A DNA stretch of 64,000 bases from an uncultured SAR86 cluster bacterium (GTDB lineage Bacteria > Pseudomonadota > Gammaproteobacteria > Magnimaribacterales > AG-339-G14), in NCBI GenBank assembly GCA_902596665.1, contig CACJUN010000001.1:131680-195679 (forward strand). The letters are read 5' to 3'. Positions 10,910 through 18,897 of the stretch are shown piece by piece. The notes below the pieces were generated by a model. The model did not search any database and was not told the DNA's origin. It was given only the letters and a program-made list of their open reading frames with translations. Made by a program: the position numbers and the translations under genes. Position 1 is the first letter of the stretch; every line of letters begins with the position of its first letter.

Positions 10910-11872
10910 ATGCAAAATTTTCAGGAATTCTTAGAGAATTCTCTGCAACAAAATATTAAGAAATTGGTTCCCCTTACCGGAGGTGCCTCTGCTGATATAA
11001 ATAGAATTATTCTTGAAAATAACAACGAACTCATTGTCAGACGCTCATTGTCTAAAGAGCAATCAGTCATGGCTGTCCCAAAAAAATTAGAGGCAAAAAT
11101 TCAAAGGATCGTAAGATCAAATAATGCACCAGTCCCTGAAATAATTTTTGAATTCTCAGAAGACGAAGATATCGGTGAAGGTTATGTAATGGAAGCAATT
11201 CCTGGAGAAACTATTCCAAGAAAAATTCTAAGGGATGATAAATATAAAAATGTGCGCAGTAAATTATCTTTTGAGATAGGCAGGTCTCTAGCAACTATTC
11301 ACCAAACTAAATTAGATGAATTAACTGATCTGGATTCAGTAACTTTTGAGGAATCATTAAAAAAACTCTACCAAGTATATTCTAGTTTTGAGCAACCTCA
11401 GCCAGTTTTTGAGTTAGCATTCAAATGGCTAGAGACTCAGGAATTAACAAAATACGACAATGTATTGGTCCATGGAGATTTCCGCTTAGGTAACTTTATT
11501 ATTTCTGAGTCAAACTTAGAATCAATTATAGACTGGGAATTAGCTCACATTGGGAATCCAATGGAGGATATAGGATGGTTGTGCGTGAGATCTTGGCGAT
11601 TTGGAAACGTTCATAAGAGAGTTGGAGGTTTGGGAGATTTAGAAGAGCTTATAGAAGGATATGAATCAATTTCAAATATTAAGATCGATAAGTCTCAAAT
11701 AGATATTTGGCAGCTCTTTGGCTCTTTAAGATGGGGTGTTATTTGTATGATGCAAGCATTCGCACACTTAAGCGGTTCAATAAATTCTATTGAAAAAGCA
11801 GCAATTGGACGAAGGGTTTCTGAGACAGAATATGATTTAATGAATATGATTAAGCACAACAATTTTTTATGA
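10910..11872 (+). CDS. APH-family phosphotransferase (LvaA-like acyl-CoA kinase)
   Basis: LTGGASA, LVHGDFRLGN, IIDWELAHIGNPMEDIGWLC..SWRFG, GRRVSETEYDL. Confidence 0.85.
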   Translation: MQNFQEFLENSLQQNIKKLVPLTGGASADINRIILENNNELIVRRSLSKEQSVMAVPKKLEAKIQRIVRSNNAPVPEIIFEFSEDEDIGEGYVMEAIPGETIPRKILRDDKYKNVRSKLSFEIGRSLATIHQTKLDELTDLDSVTFEESLKKLYQVYSSFEQPQPVFELAFKWLETQELTKYDNVLVHGDFRLGNFIISESNLESIIDWELAHIGNPMEDIGWLCVRSWRFGNVHKRVGGLGDLEELIEGYESISNIKIDKSQIDIWQLFGSLRWGVICMMQAFAHLSGSINSIEKAAIGRRVSETEYDLMNMIKHNNFL

Positions 11873-12222
11873 CAATATTTGACAGACCATCTTCATCAGA
11901 GCTACTGAAGGCAGTTATTGACTTTATAGAAGCTGAAACAAAATCAGATGATTACCCAGCAAACAAAAAATTTAAGCTTCAAATAGTTTCAAACGTTCTT
12001 AATATTGTAAAAAGAGAAATAGATTTAGGAAAAAAAATTAATGATGATTTTAAACATTTAGGTGCCAAATTAATCGAAGATAAAGACTTTTCTATAAGTA
12101 AGCTTGCAGACAAAATCAAAAATAATGAAATTGATGTTTCTGATCAAAATATCATAGATTTTTTGTATGATTTAACAGAAAAGAAAATTGATATTGATAA
12201 CCCAAAATATAAAAAGAATTGA
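11869..12222 (+). CDS. small helical protein (DUF6285/LvaB-like)
   Basis: DRPSSSELLKAVIDFI, NVLNIVKRE, KIDIDNPKY C-terminus; overlaps the phosphotransferase stop. Confidence 0.65.
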   Translation: MTIFDRPSSSELLKAVIDFIEAETKSDDYPANKKFKLQIVSNVLNIVKREIDLGKKINDDFKHLGAKLIEDKDFSISKLADKIKNNEIDVSDQNIIDFLYDLTEKKIDIDNPKYKKN

Positions 12223-12269
12223 TATTTTTCAACCTTATACAATGAAGTAATTCTTGTTATTATTTATAA

Positions 12270-12737
12270 ATGAAACATAAAATTTTAATTCTAATCTTTC
12301 TGTCTCTCTCGTTTTCTTTAGCTTCAACAAAACTTGAAAGTTTAGAGAAAGATCTTTCCCTAATAGTGCATAAGACTGCAACTTGTGGGTGCTGTAAAAA
12401 ATGGATGAAACACCTTGATAGCCTCGGTTTTGAGACCTCTCCAGAAGATCATCAAAATCTTCTTCCCATTAAAGAGAAATATGGAATCAAACCTGAATAC
12501 GGATCTTGCCACACAGCAGTTTCCAAAGAAGGGTATGTTTTTGAGGGGCATGTTCCAGGTGAATACATCTCTCAATTTCTTGCAGAAAACAATCCAAATG
12601 CAATAGGTTTATCTGTTCCTGGTATGCCTATGGGTTCTCCTGGAATGGAAGTTGGAGATAAATTTACACCTTATGATGTTCTAATTTTATATAAAGACGG
12701 AACGAGCGAAATTTATGCTGAAGTAAGAAAAAAGTAG
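12270..12737 (+). CDS. DUF411 periplasmic metal-binding protein
   Basis: Signal peptide, CGCCKKW, SCHTA, EGHVP, GLSVPGMPMGSPGME. Confidence 0.88.
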   Translation: MKHKILILIFLSLSFSLASTKLESLEKDLSLIVHKTATCGCCKKWMKHLDSLGFETSPEDHQNLLPIKEKYGIKPEYGSCHTAVSKEGYVFEGHVPGEYISQFLAENNPNAIGLSVPGMPMGSPGMEVGDKFTPYDVLILYKDGTSEIYAEVRKK

Positions 12738-12897
12738 CCTGTCTAAGGTCTTTATTCTTCATTTAAATTTCAAAAATATCTGATTTTCTAAGTCCTTGAC
12801 AAAATCAAAATAAAAGACACGTAAAAAGGACCAAATTAGGGCAAGATTGCCTAAAATTTTATAATACCCAGATATATAACCATATATGGGGGATATT

Positions 12898-13116
12898 ATG
12901 GAAAATGCATTTAAGATGATCGGTGATCTTGTAAAAGGTCTTACTGGTATTTTAATTGGAGTAATTGCCTTAGGAGTAGTTGCTGGTATTGTTTTTGGAG
13001 AATCTTGGTTCTTCGGAGAAGTGCTAGGAAACCTATTAGCTGTTGTTCAAACTCTTGGTGACAACGGTATTGTAGGTCTTCTTGTTGCAGCAATTCTTAT
13101 CAATTTACTTCGATAA
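12898..13116 (+). CDS. small hydrophobic membrane protein, unknown function (paralog A)
   Basis: ORF track start is 12886; ATG 12898 has SD GGGGGA. Two hydrophobic segments, high-expression-type codons, followed by a terminator. Confidence 0.8.
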   Translation: MENAFKMIGDLVKGLTGILIGVIALGVVAGIVFGESWFFGEVLGNLLAVVQTLGDNGIVGLLVAAILINLLR

Positions 13117-13129
13117 TAAATGCTTTAAT

Positions 13130-13160
13130 AAAACTAGGGGATAACTTCCCCTAGTTTTTT
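13130..13160 (+). terminator. intrinsic terminator
   Basis: AAAACTAGGGGA-TAACT-TCCCCTAGTTTT(TT). Confidence 0.85.
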
Positions 13161-13167
13161 AAATTCG

Positions 13168-13434
13168 ATGCGTAATTTCAAAATAAAAAAACCAATCGAT
13201 AGCTTAAAAGTTCCTAAAATAAAAAAAATAAGGAAGTTTCTTTTTAGGTTTACGGAAATATTAGCTCTATTTGTAGCCGTTTCGGTTCTCTTTGGAGTTA
13301 TTTTTGGACCCGAAACGCCATTTTTTGGCCAAGTATTTCAAAACTTATCATCTGCTTTGAAAGCCTTAGGCGAAGAAGGAATTATTGCTTTAGCATCAAT
13401 TCTTTTAATTGGTCTGATAATAAGAAAAAAATAA
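13168..13434 (+). CDS. small membrane protein, unknown function (paralog B, basic N-terminus)
   Basis: Aligns to paralog A over the ..FG..FFG.V..NL......LG..GI core. Confidence 0.7.
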   Translation: MRNFKIKKPIDSLKVPKIKKIRKFLFRFTEILALFVAVSVLFGVIFGPETPFFGQVFQNLSSALKALGEEGIIALASILLIGLIIRKK

Positions 13435-14430
13435 TTAGGCTATAAGGTCTTTTACTTCTTCTTTCTCTTCTAAGAGCTCATTAGTAGTAATTTCAATTTT
13501 TCCCTTTGCATAGTCATTCAGTTCAAGATCTTGAACGATTTCGACTTTTCCATTTTCCGTCCTGAGTGGATAACCAAATATCAGTCCTTCAGGGACGCCA
13601 TAACTCCCATCAGATGCAACAGCAGCGCTGAACCAGGTGCCTTCCTCTGTATCACTTTCTACATTTTTCACGGTATCTATGGCAGCATTTGCAGCAGATG
13701 CTGCTGAAGAAGCTCCTCTAGCATCTATGATTTCTTTTCCTCTTTGTTGAACTCTGACTAAGAAGTCATTCTCTATCCAATTGCTATCATTTATGATCTC
13801 TGAAACTGATTTCCCATTAATAGATGCATTATCTAGATCAGGATACATAGTTGGACTGTGGTTTCCCCATATAGTCATTCCTTTTATATCCTCTATGGAT
13901 CGATTAGTTTTGATAGAAACCTGAGCTTTTGCTCTATTTGCATCCAATGCGGTCATTGCCATCCACAACTGAGAGTTATTATTCGAGTTAGATTTTCCAA
14001 TAAGCGCATTGGTATTTGCAGGATTTCCAACAACAAGAATTTTTGCGTCTTCTTTTCCTTTAGTTCCAATGGCATTCCCTTGATCTGTGAAAATACCTCC
14101 GTTAACGTGTAAAAGATCACCTCTTTCTTCAATCTTTTTACCGTTAATTGTTATCCCTCTAGGTATACTGCCCACTAGTAAAGCCCAGTCACAATCTTCA
14201 GCCGCTTCATTTATATCAGACGTAGACATAATCGATCCACAATTTGAAAATCCACAATCCTCAAGCTCTAAAACGGTTCCTTGTAATTTATCTAACACTG
14301 GAGGAATTTCGACTAACTTTAGGTTTACCTTTGTATTTGGACCAAAGGTTTCTCCACTGATTAACCTAGGAAGTAAAGAATAAGAGATCTGACCTGCAGC
14401 TCCAGTAACTAGTACGTTTATTTCTTTCAT
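13435..14430 (-). CDS. mdh: malate dehydrogenase (type 2/cytosolic-like)
   Basis: VTGAAGQISY, VGNPANTN, WGNHS, RGASSAASAA. Confidence 0.92.
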   Translation of the reverse strand: MKEINVLVTGAAGQISYSLLPRLISGETFGPNTKVNLKLVEIPPVLDKLQGTVLELEDCGFSNCGSIMSTSDINEAAEDCDWALLVGSIPRGITINGKKIEERGDLLHVNGGIFTDQGNAIGTKGKEDAKILVVGNPANTNALIGKSNSNNNSQLWMAMTALDANRAKAQVSIKTNRSIEDIKGMTIWGNHSPTMYPDLDNASINGKSVSEIINDSNWIENDFLVRVQQRGKEIIDARGASSAASAANAAIDTVKNVESDTEEGTWFSAAVASDGSYGVPEGLIFGYPLRTENGKVEIVQDLELNDYAKGKIEITTNELLEEKEEVKDLIA

Positions 14431-15962
14431 ATTAATTTAAAGTAATTTTTATTGTTTTTATGTTCAACTTTTACAGGAAGATCTAAAAGATCCTTATCAA
14501 GAATGCTTGCAAGGTCTTGATCATCTGATGAATTAGCTAAAAATCTAGAGCCATTCTCTAGAGTGCCAATAATTATTGCACATTCTAGTTTTTTTCTTCC
14601 ATTAATTATTGTGTAAGTATTAATTTTTCCATCACCATTTGCTTGTTCTACCAAATTTTTAATTTTCGTTGAATTTATTTCATTTTGAATGGAATTACTC
14701 TTTTCTAAAGATAACCTCTCTTCAGGCATAGATGAAGAAAGAGTCATGGCAGCATGTTTAGTTAAAAACCAACTATTAGCTGTTAACAAACCTTTACCAG
14801 GATCAGTACGTAATTTTCTTATCATTTCTGATGTAGACATTATCGTATAACTATTTCCTGGTCCTCCAAAATAGGGTAAACCTCCGGTTACTGTTAATGG
14901 TCTTTCAAAATCATCATTTATTCCAATTTCTTTCATAGCAACTTGGACGGCAGATGGAAAACAAGAATAAATATCAAAATATTTATAATCTTCCAAACTG
15001 GTGTTGCTTTGGTTAAAGACATTTGAAACACAAAATTTTATGGCAGGTGAATTAGTAAGGGACGGCCTTTCTGATACATTCCAAACATCATTGGCAATTG
15101 ATAAGCCTGTGAGAAAGATGCATTTATTTTCAGGAATTCCTAATTGTTTTGCGTAACCGTATGAAGTCAAAACCAAAGATGACCCCATGTTTACTCTAAT
15201 GACTGAGTTGAGGTATTTTGTATAAGGATAACCAACATATCTGTTACTTTGAGATACTTCAGAGATATCCTCTGGAGATCTATAAGTTTGAAACCAAGAA
15301 TAAGGATTATCTGCCGCAATCTTTGAGAACTTCGAAAATAAATGAGCACAATCTCTCAGATGTTCATCTGCAGTCTTTTTTTGTTCCTTTCTTATAGCCT
15401 GAGCAAAAAGAGGATAAACATTAGTAGGCAGGTCCATTTTGTGGTTTTTTTCATACTCATTAAAACCAAGTTCATTTTCTCCTATTTCTCGAGGTCTAGT
15501 CTTTGGATCGTCATACCAATCAAGATTCTCTCCAGACTTCAAAATATCTATCATCGTTTTGAGGGTCTCACCTCCACTCAACAAAGCACAATTAATATTT
15601 CCTGAAAGTATATTTTTTGCAGCATCTTCTATGAGAACCTGCGGAGCATTTCCACCCATAGATGTGTAAACAAATTCTTTAGCCCTTATGTTCAGATTGT
15701 TAGCGATAGAATGAGAGATATTTTTGTAGCCAAAACTATCCTGATTGGTAGCTGTGGGATAATCTACTGAAAGCCTAACGGTTCCCACATAGTCTATGTG
15801 TTCGTGTAAATTTTCAATCTGAGTGTCAGCTAAGGCTTTTCTTGCTGTAAGGGAAAAGAGTTCCAGTGGATTAAGCGATTTTTCCAAAGTATTTTTATCG
15901 ACAAAGTCGCCAATACCAATAAAAACGGGCGAGAGATCAAGATCAGATTTTCTTTTTGTCAT
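14427..15962 (-). CDS. thiolase-like protein (TLP-type acetyl-CoA acetyltransferase family) with C-terminal extra domain
   Basis: MGGNAPQ, FDIYSCFPSAVQ, LTVTGGLPYFGGPGN, LTKHA. The track start (16058) overlaps the divergent gene, so ATG 15962 is more likely. Confidence 0.8.
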   Translation of the reverse strand: MTKRKSDLDLSPVFIGIGDFVDKNTLEKSLNPLELFSLTARKALADTQIENLHEHIDYVGTVRLSVDYPTATNQDSFGYKNISHSIANNLNIRAKEFVYTSMGGNAPQVLIEDAAKNILSGNINCALLSGGETLKTMIDILKSGENLDWYDDPKTRPREIGENELGFNEYEKNHKMDLPTNVYPLFAQAIRKEQKKTADEHLRDCAHLFSKFSKIAADNPYSWFQTYRSPEDISEVSQSNRYVGYPYTKYLNSVIRVNMGSSLVLTSYGYAKQLGIPENKCIFLTGLSIANDVWNVSERPSLTNSPAIKFCVSNVFNQSNTSLEDYKYFDIYSCFPSAVQVAMKEIGINDDFERPLTVTGGLPYFGGPGNSYTIMSTSEMIRKLRTDPGKGLLTANSWFLTKHAAMTLSSSMPEERLSLEKSNSIQNEINSTKIKNLVEQANGDGKINTYTIINGRKKLECAIIIGTLENGSRFLANSSDDQDLASILDKDLLDLPVKVEHKNNKNYFKLI

Positions 15963-16035
15963 TAGGTTTGAATGAAGGCTAACAAAGGGTAAGATTACGA
16001 ATTCAAAAAAATTTATTTTATCGAAAGGAGTTCTA

Positions 16036-16944
16036 ATGTCCATAAGGTTTGATGACAAAGTAGCAATAGTAACAGGTGCCGGTGGAGGCTTAGGTAGATC
16101 GCATGCTTTAGATTTAGCGTCTAGGGGTGCAAAAGTAGTTGTAAATGATTTAGGAGGAAGTGTGGATGGTGCTTCTAAAGGGTCATCTTCTGCGGCTGAA
16201 AAAGTTGTTGAGGAAATTAAAGCAGCTGGTGGCGAGGCTATTGCTAATGGAGCTAGCGTTACAGATGTAGATCAAGTCAAAGAGATGGTGCAACAGACCA
16301 TGGACGCTTACGGCCGTATCGATATTCTTGTTAACAATGCAGGAATTTTAAGAGATAAAAGCTTTTCTAAAGTTGAAGATGAAGATTTTAGAATGGTTAT
16401 GGAAGTTCACTTAATGGGCTCTGTTAATTGTACTAAGGCAGTTTGGGAAATAATGAAAGAACAAAACTACGGAAGGATTGTCATGACTTCTTCTTCCAGT
16501 GGACTTTACGGAAATTTTGGTCAAACCAATTACGGTGCTGCAAAAATGGGAGTTGTTGGATTGATGAATACTCTTAAACTTGAAGGCGCAAAATACAATA
16601 TTAAATGTAATGCTTTGGCGCCTGTCGCAGCAACGCGAATGACCGAGGAGTTAATGCCAGGAGAGGTTCTTGAAAGACTAGAGCCTCAGTATGTTACTCC
16701 TGCTGTAACCTATATGGTTTCTGAAGATGCTCCAACAGGGGTCATTATGGCTGCAGGAGCAGGCGTTTTTGCAAGAGTTATGATCCATGAAACAATCGGT
16801 GTAAATCTTGGTACCGCAGATAAAATGGATGCCGAAAATATTGCTGACAATTGGGATCAAATCTCAGATATGAAAGACGCAAAACTTTGTTTTCAAGGCG
16901 GTGATCAATCTATGAAAATTTTTGAATTGATTCAAAAAGGTTGA
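16036..16944 (+). CDS. SDR, MFE-2-type 3-hydroxyacyl-CoA dehydrogenase
   Basis: TGAGGGLG, NDLGG, NNAGILRDKSF, GNFGQTNYGAAK. Confidence 0.88.
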   Translation: MSIRFDDKVAIVTGAGGGLGRSHALDLASRGAKVVVNDLGGSVDGASKGSSSAAEKVVEEIKAAGGEAIANGASVTDVDQVKEMVQQTMDAYGRIDILVNNAGILRDKSFSKVEDEDFRMVMEVHLMGSVNCTKAVWEIMKEQNYGRIVMTSSSSGLYGNFGQTNYGAAKMGVVGLMNTLKLEGAKYNIKCNALAPVAATRMTEELMPGEVLERLEPQYVTPAVTYMVSEDAPTGVIMAAGAGVFARVMIHETIGVNLGTADKMDAENIADNWDQISDMKDAKLCFQGGDQSMKIFELIQKG

Positions 16945-16972
16945 TCTCAAAATACAAATTTAATTAGAAAAC

Positions 16973-17674
16973 TTAGCTCTTTCTCTCTAAAAAATCTGCA
17001 AAGTCCTTCACTTCGTCAGTGATTATGGCTCGTATATTTTTTTTACTTAATTCCCTTAATCTTCTCATTGAATTTAAGGTCCATATAATCAAATCTATTT
17101 TCTTTTCAAGAAGTTTATCGATTGTTTTATTTGAAAGGTCTCTAATATCAATTGATAAGCCATCTGAATTACCTTTTTTGTAAAACTCTAAAATTTTTTT
17201 TATCCCATACCTTTCAATCTGAAGCGTATGAAAACTTTGAAACACCAATTTATTGGGGAATCTTTTTTTTAAAGCCGATACAACATTTTTATCGAAAGAC
17301 AAGAAAGTTATATTCTTTTTTTCTATTCTCAGCTTATCTAAAAATGGGACGGTATTGGCGTCTGACTTTATCTCAATAAAGCATTCTTTATTTTGAGGTA
17401 AAAAGTCTAATACCTCATCCAGAAGAGGAATTCGATTTTCACTATTTCCGAGAGCCTCAAGTTCGGAGAAGTTTGTTTTTTTTATCTCTAGACTTTTTTT
17501 GAACAACCTCGATGTATCTTCATCATGAAAAATTATAGGTTTTTCATCTTTTGATAGTCTTACGTCTATTTCTAAGCCATCTGCGCCTTCTGAAAAGGCT
17601 TTATGGAATGCAGGAAGAGTGTTTTCTTGATCGTTCCTTGTGACACCTCTATGAGCAATTATTTTAGGTGTCAC
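16973..17674 (-). CDS. glycerophosphodiester phosphodiesterase
   Basis: IIAHRG, ENTLPAF, EIDVRLSKD, IFHD, IEIK, WTLN, IITD. Confidence 0.9.
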   Translation of the reverse strand: MTPKIIAHRGVTRNDQENTLPAFHKAFSEGADGLEIDVRLSKDEKPIIFHDEDTSRLFKKSLEIKKTNFSELEALGNSENRIPLLDEVLDFLPQNKECFIEIKSDANTVPFLDKLRIEKKNITFLSFDKNVVSALKKRFPNKLVFQSFHTLQIERYGIKKILEFYKKGNSDGLSIDIRDLSNKTIDKLLEKKIDLIIWTLNSMRRLRELSKKNIRAIITDEVKDFADFLERKS

Positions 17675-17691
17675 AAGTCACTTCAAGCGGC

Positions 17692-18885
17692 TTAATCCCA
17701 GGAGAGTGCGCCGCCAGTTTGATATTCAATAACTCTAGTTTCGAAGAAGTTTTTCTCTTTTCTAAGGTCCATGATTTCGGACATCCAAGGGAAAGGATTT
17801 GAGGCTTTGGGGAAAGCTTCCTCCAAACCAATTTGAGTAAGCCTTCTATTAGCTATGAATTTTAGATATTCCGTCATACTTTCAGAGCTCATGCCAAGGA
17901 TTCCATTAGGCATAGTATCTTCAGCATACTCAATTTCTAGTTGAGTCCCTTGAAGAATCATTTCTCGAGCAGTTGATTGCATTTCTTCATCCCAAAGCTC
18001 TGGATTCTCTATTTTTATTTGATTAATCATGTCTATTCCAAAATTTACATGCATAGACTCATCTCTAAGAATATATTGGAATTGCTCACTTGTGCCTGTC
18101 ATCTTGTTTCTATTACCCATGGAGAGGATTTGTGTAAATCCACAGTAAAAGAAAATACCTTCTAGAACACAATAGAATGCAATTAAGTTTCTTAAAAGAA
18201 TTTTATCGTCTTCAGTTGTTCCTGTTTTGAAGTCAGGATTTGACAAGGATTGAGTGAAAGGGAGGGCCCACGCGGCTTTTTTTGCTACGGATGGAACTTC
18301 TCTATACATATTAAATATTTCTCCCTCATCCATACCTAAGGATTCAATGACATATTGATAAGCATGGGTATGTATTGCTTCTTCCAATGCTTGTCTTAAA
18401 AGGTATTGCCTGCATTCTGGGTTAGTAATGTGTTTGTATACAGACAAAACAATATTATTAGCAACAAGTGAATCTGCAGTTGAGAAAAAACCTAGATTTC
18501 TCATCACGATCATTCTTTCTTGCTCTGAAAGACCGTCCTTACTTTTCCATAAAGCTACATCAGCAGTCATATTTATTTCCTGCGGCATCCAGTGATTGGC
18601 ACTACCATCAAGATATTTTTGCCAGGCCCAGTCGTATTTGAATGGCACAAGTTGATTTACATCTGCTCTACAGTTAATCATTTGTTTCTGATCAACATCC
18701 ACACGTGATGATGCTCCTTCAAGGTCCTCTAATCCTGCTTCAATATCTAGGTCATCGAGTGAAGCAACTCTGAGTGTTTCATCATTAGAAACAGACTTTT
18801 TTGACTCCTCTTTTATAGGACTCTCTATTTCCGTTTTAGGAAGCGGTTTCACTTCCTTTTCTTCAAAATCATCCCAACTAAGCAT
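17692..18885 (-). CDS. nrdB: ribonucleotide reductase class Ia beta subunit
   Basis: [12 protein letters not shown] (Asp ligand), EEAIHTHAY (radical Tyr), [25 protein letters not shown]. Confidence 0.96.
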   Translation of the reverse strand: MLSWDDFEEKEVKPLPKTEIESPIKEESKKSVSNDETLRVASLDDLDIEAGLEDLEGASSRVDVDQKQMINCRADVNQLVPFKYDWAWQKYLDGSANHWMPQEINMTADVALWKSKDGLSEQERMIVMRNLGFFSTADSLVANNIVLSVYKHITNPECRQYLLRQALEEAIHTHAYQYVIESLGMDEGEIFNMYREVPSVAKKAAWALPFTQSLSNPDFKTGTTEDDKILLRNLIAFYCVLEGIFFYCGFTQILSMGNRNKMTGTSEQFQYILRDESMHVNFGIDMINQIKIENPELWDEEMQSTAREMILQGTQLEIEYAEDTMPNGILGMSSESMTEYLKFIANRRLTQIGLEEAFPKASNPFPWMSEIMDLRKEKNFFETRVIEYQTGGALSWD

Positions 18886-18897
18886 AAATACCTCCTT

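Noticed and set aside
15963-16058. Head-to-head overlap of the thiolase-like and SDR genes
   Set aside because: Artefact of longest-ORF calling; ATG 15962 removes the overlap.
17692-18885. Class Ic (Mn/Fe, tyrosine-less) RNR beta subunit
   Set aside because: It retains the Asp first ligand (STADS) and the radical Tyr (EAIHTHAY), so it is ordinary class Ia.
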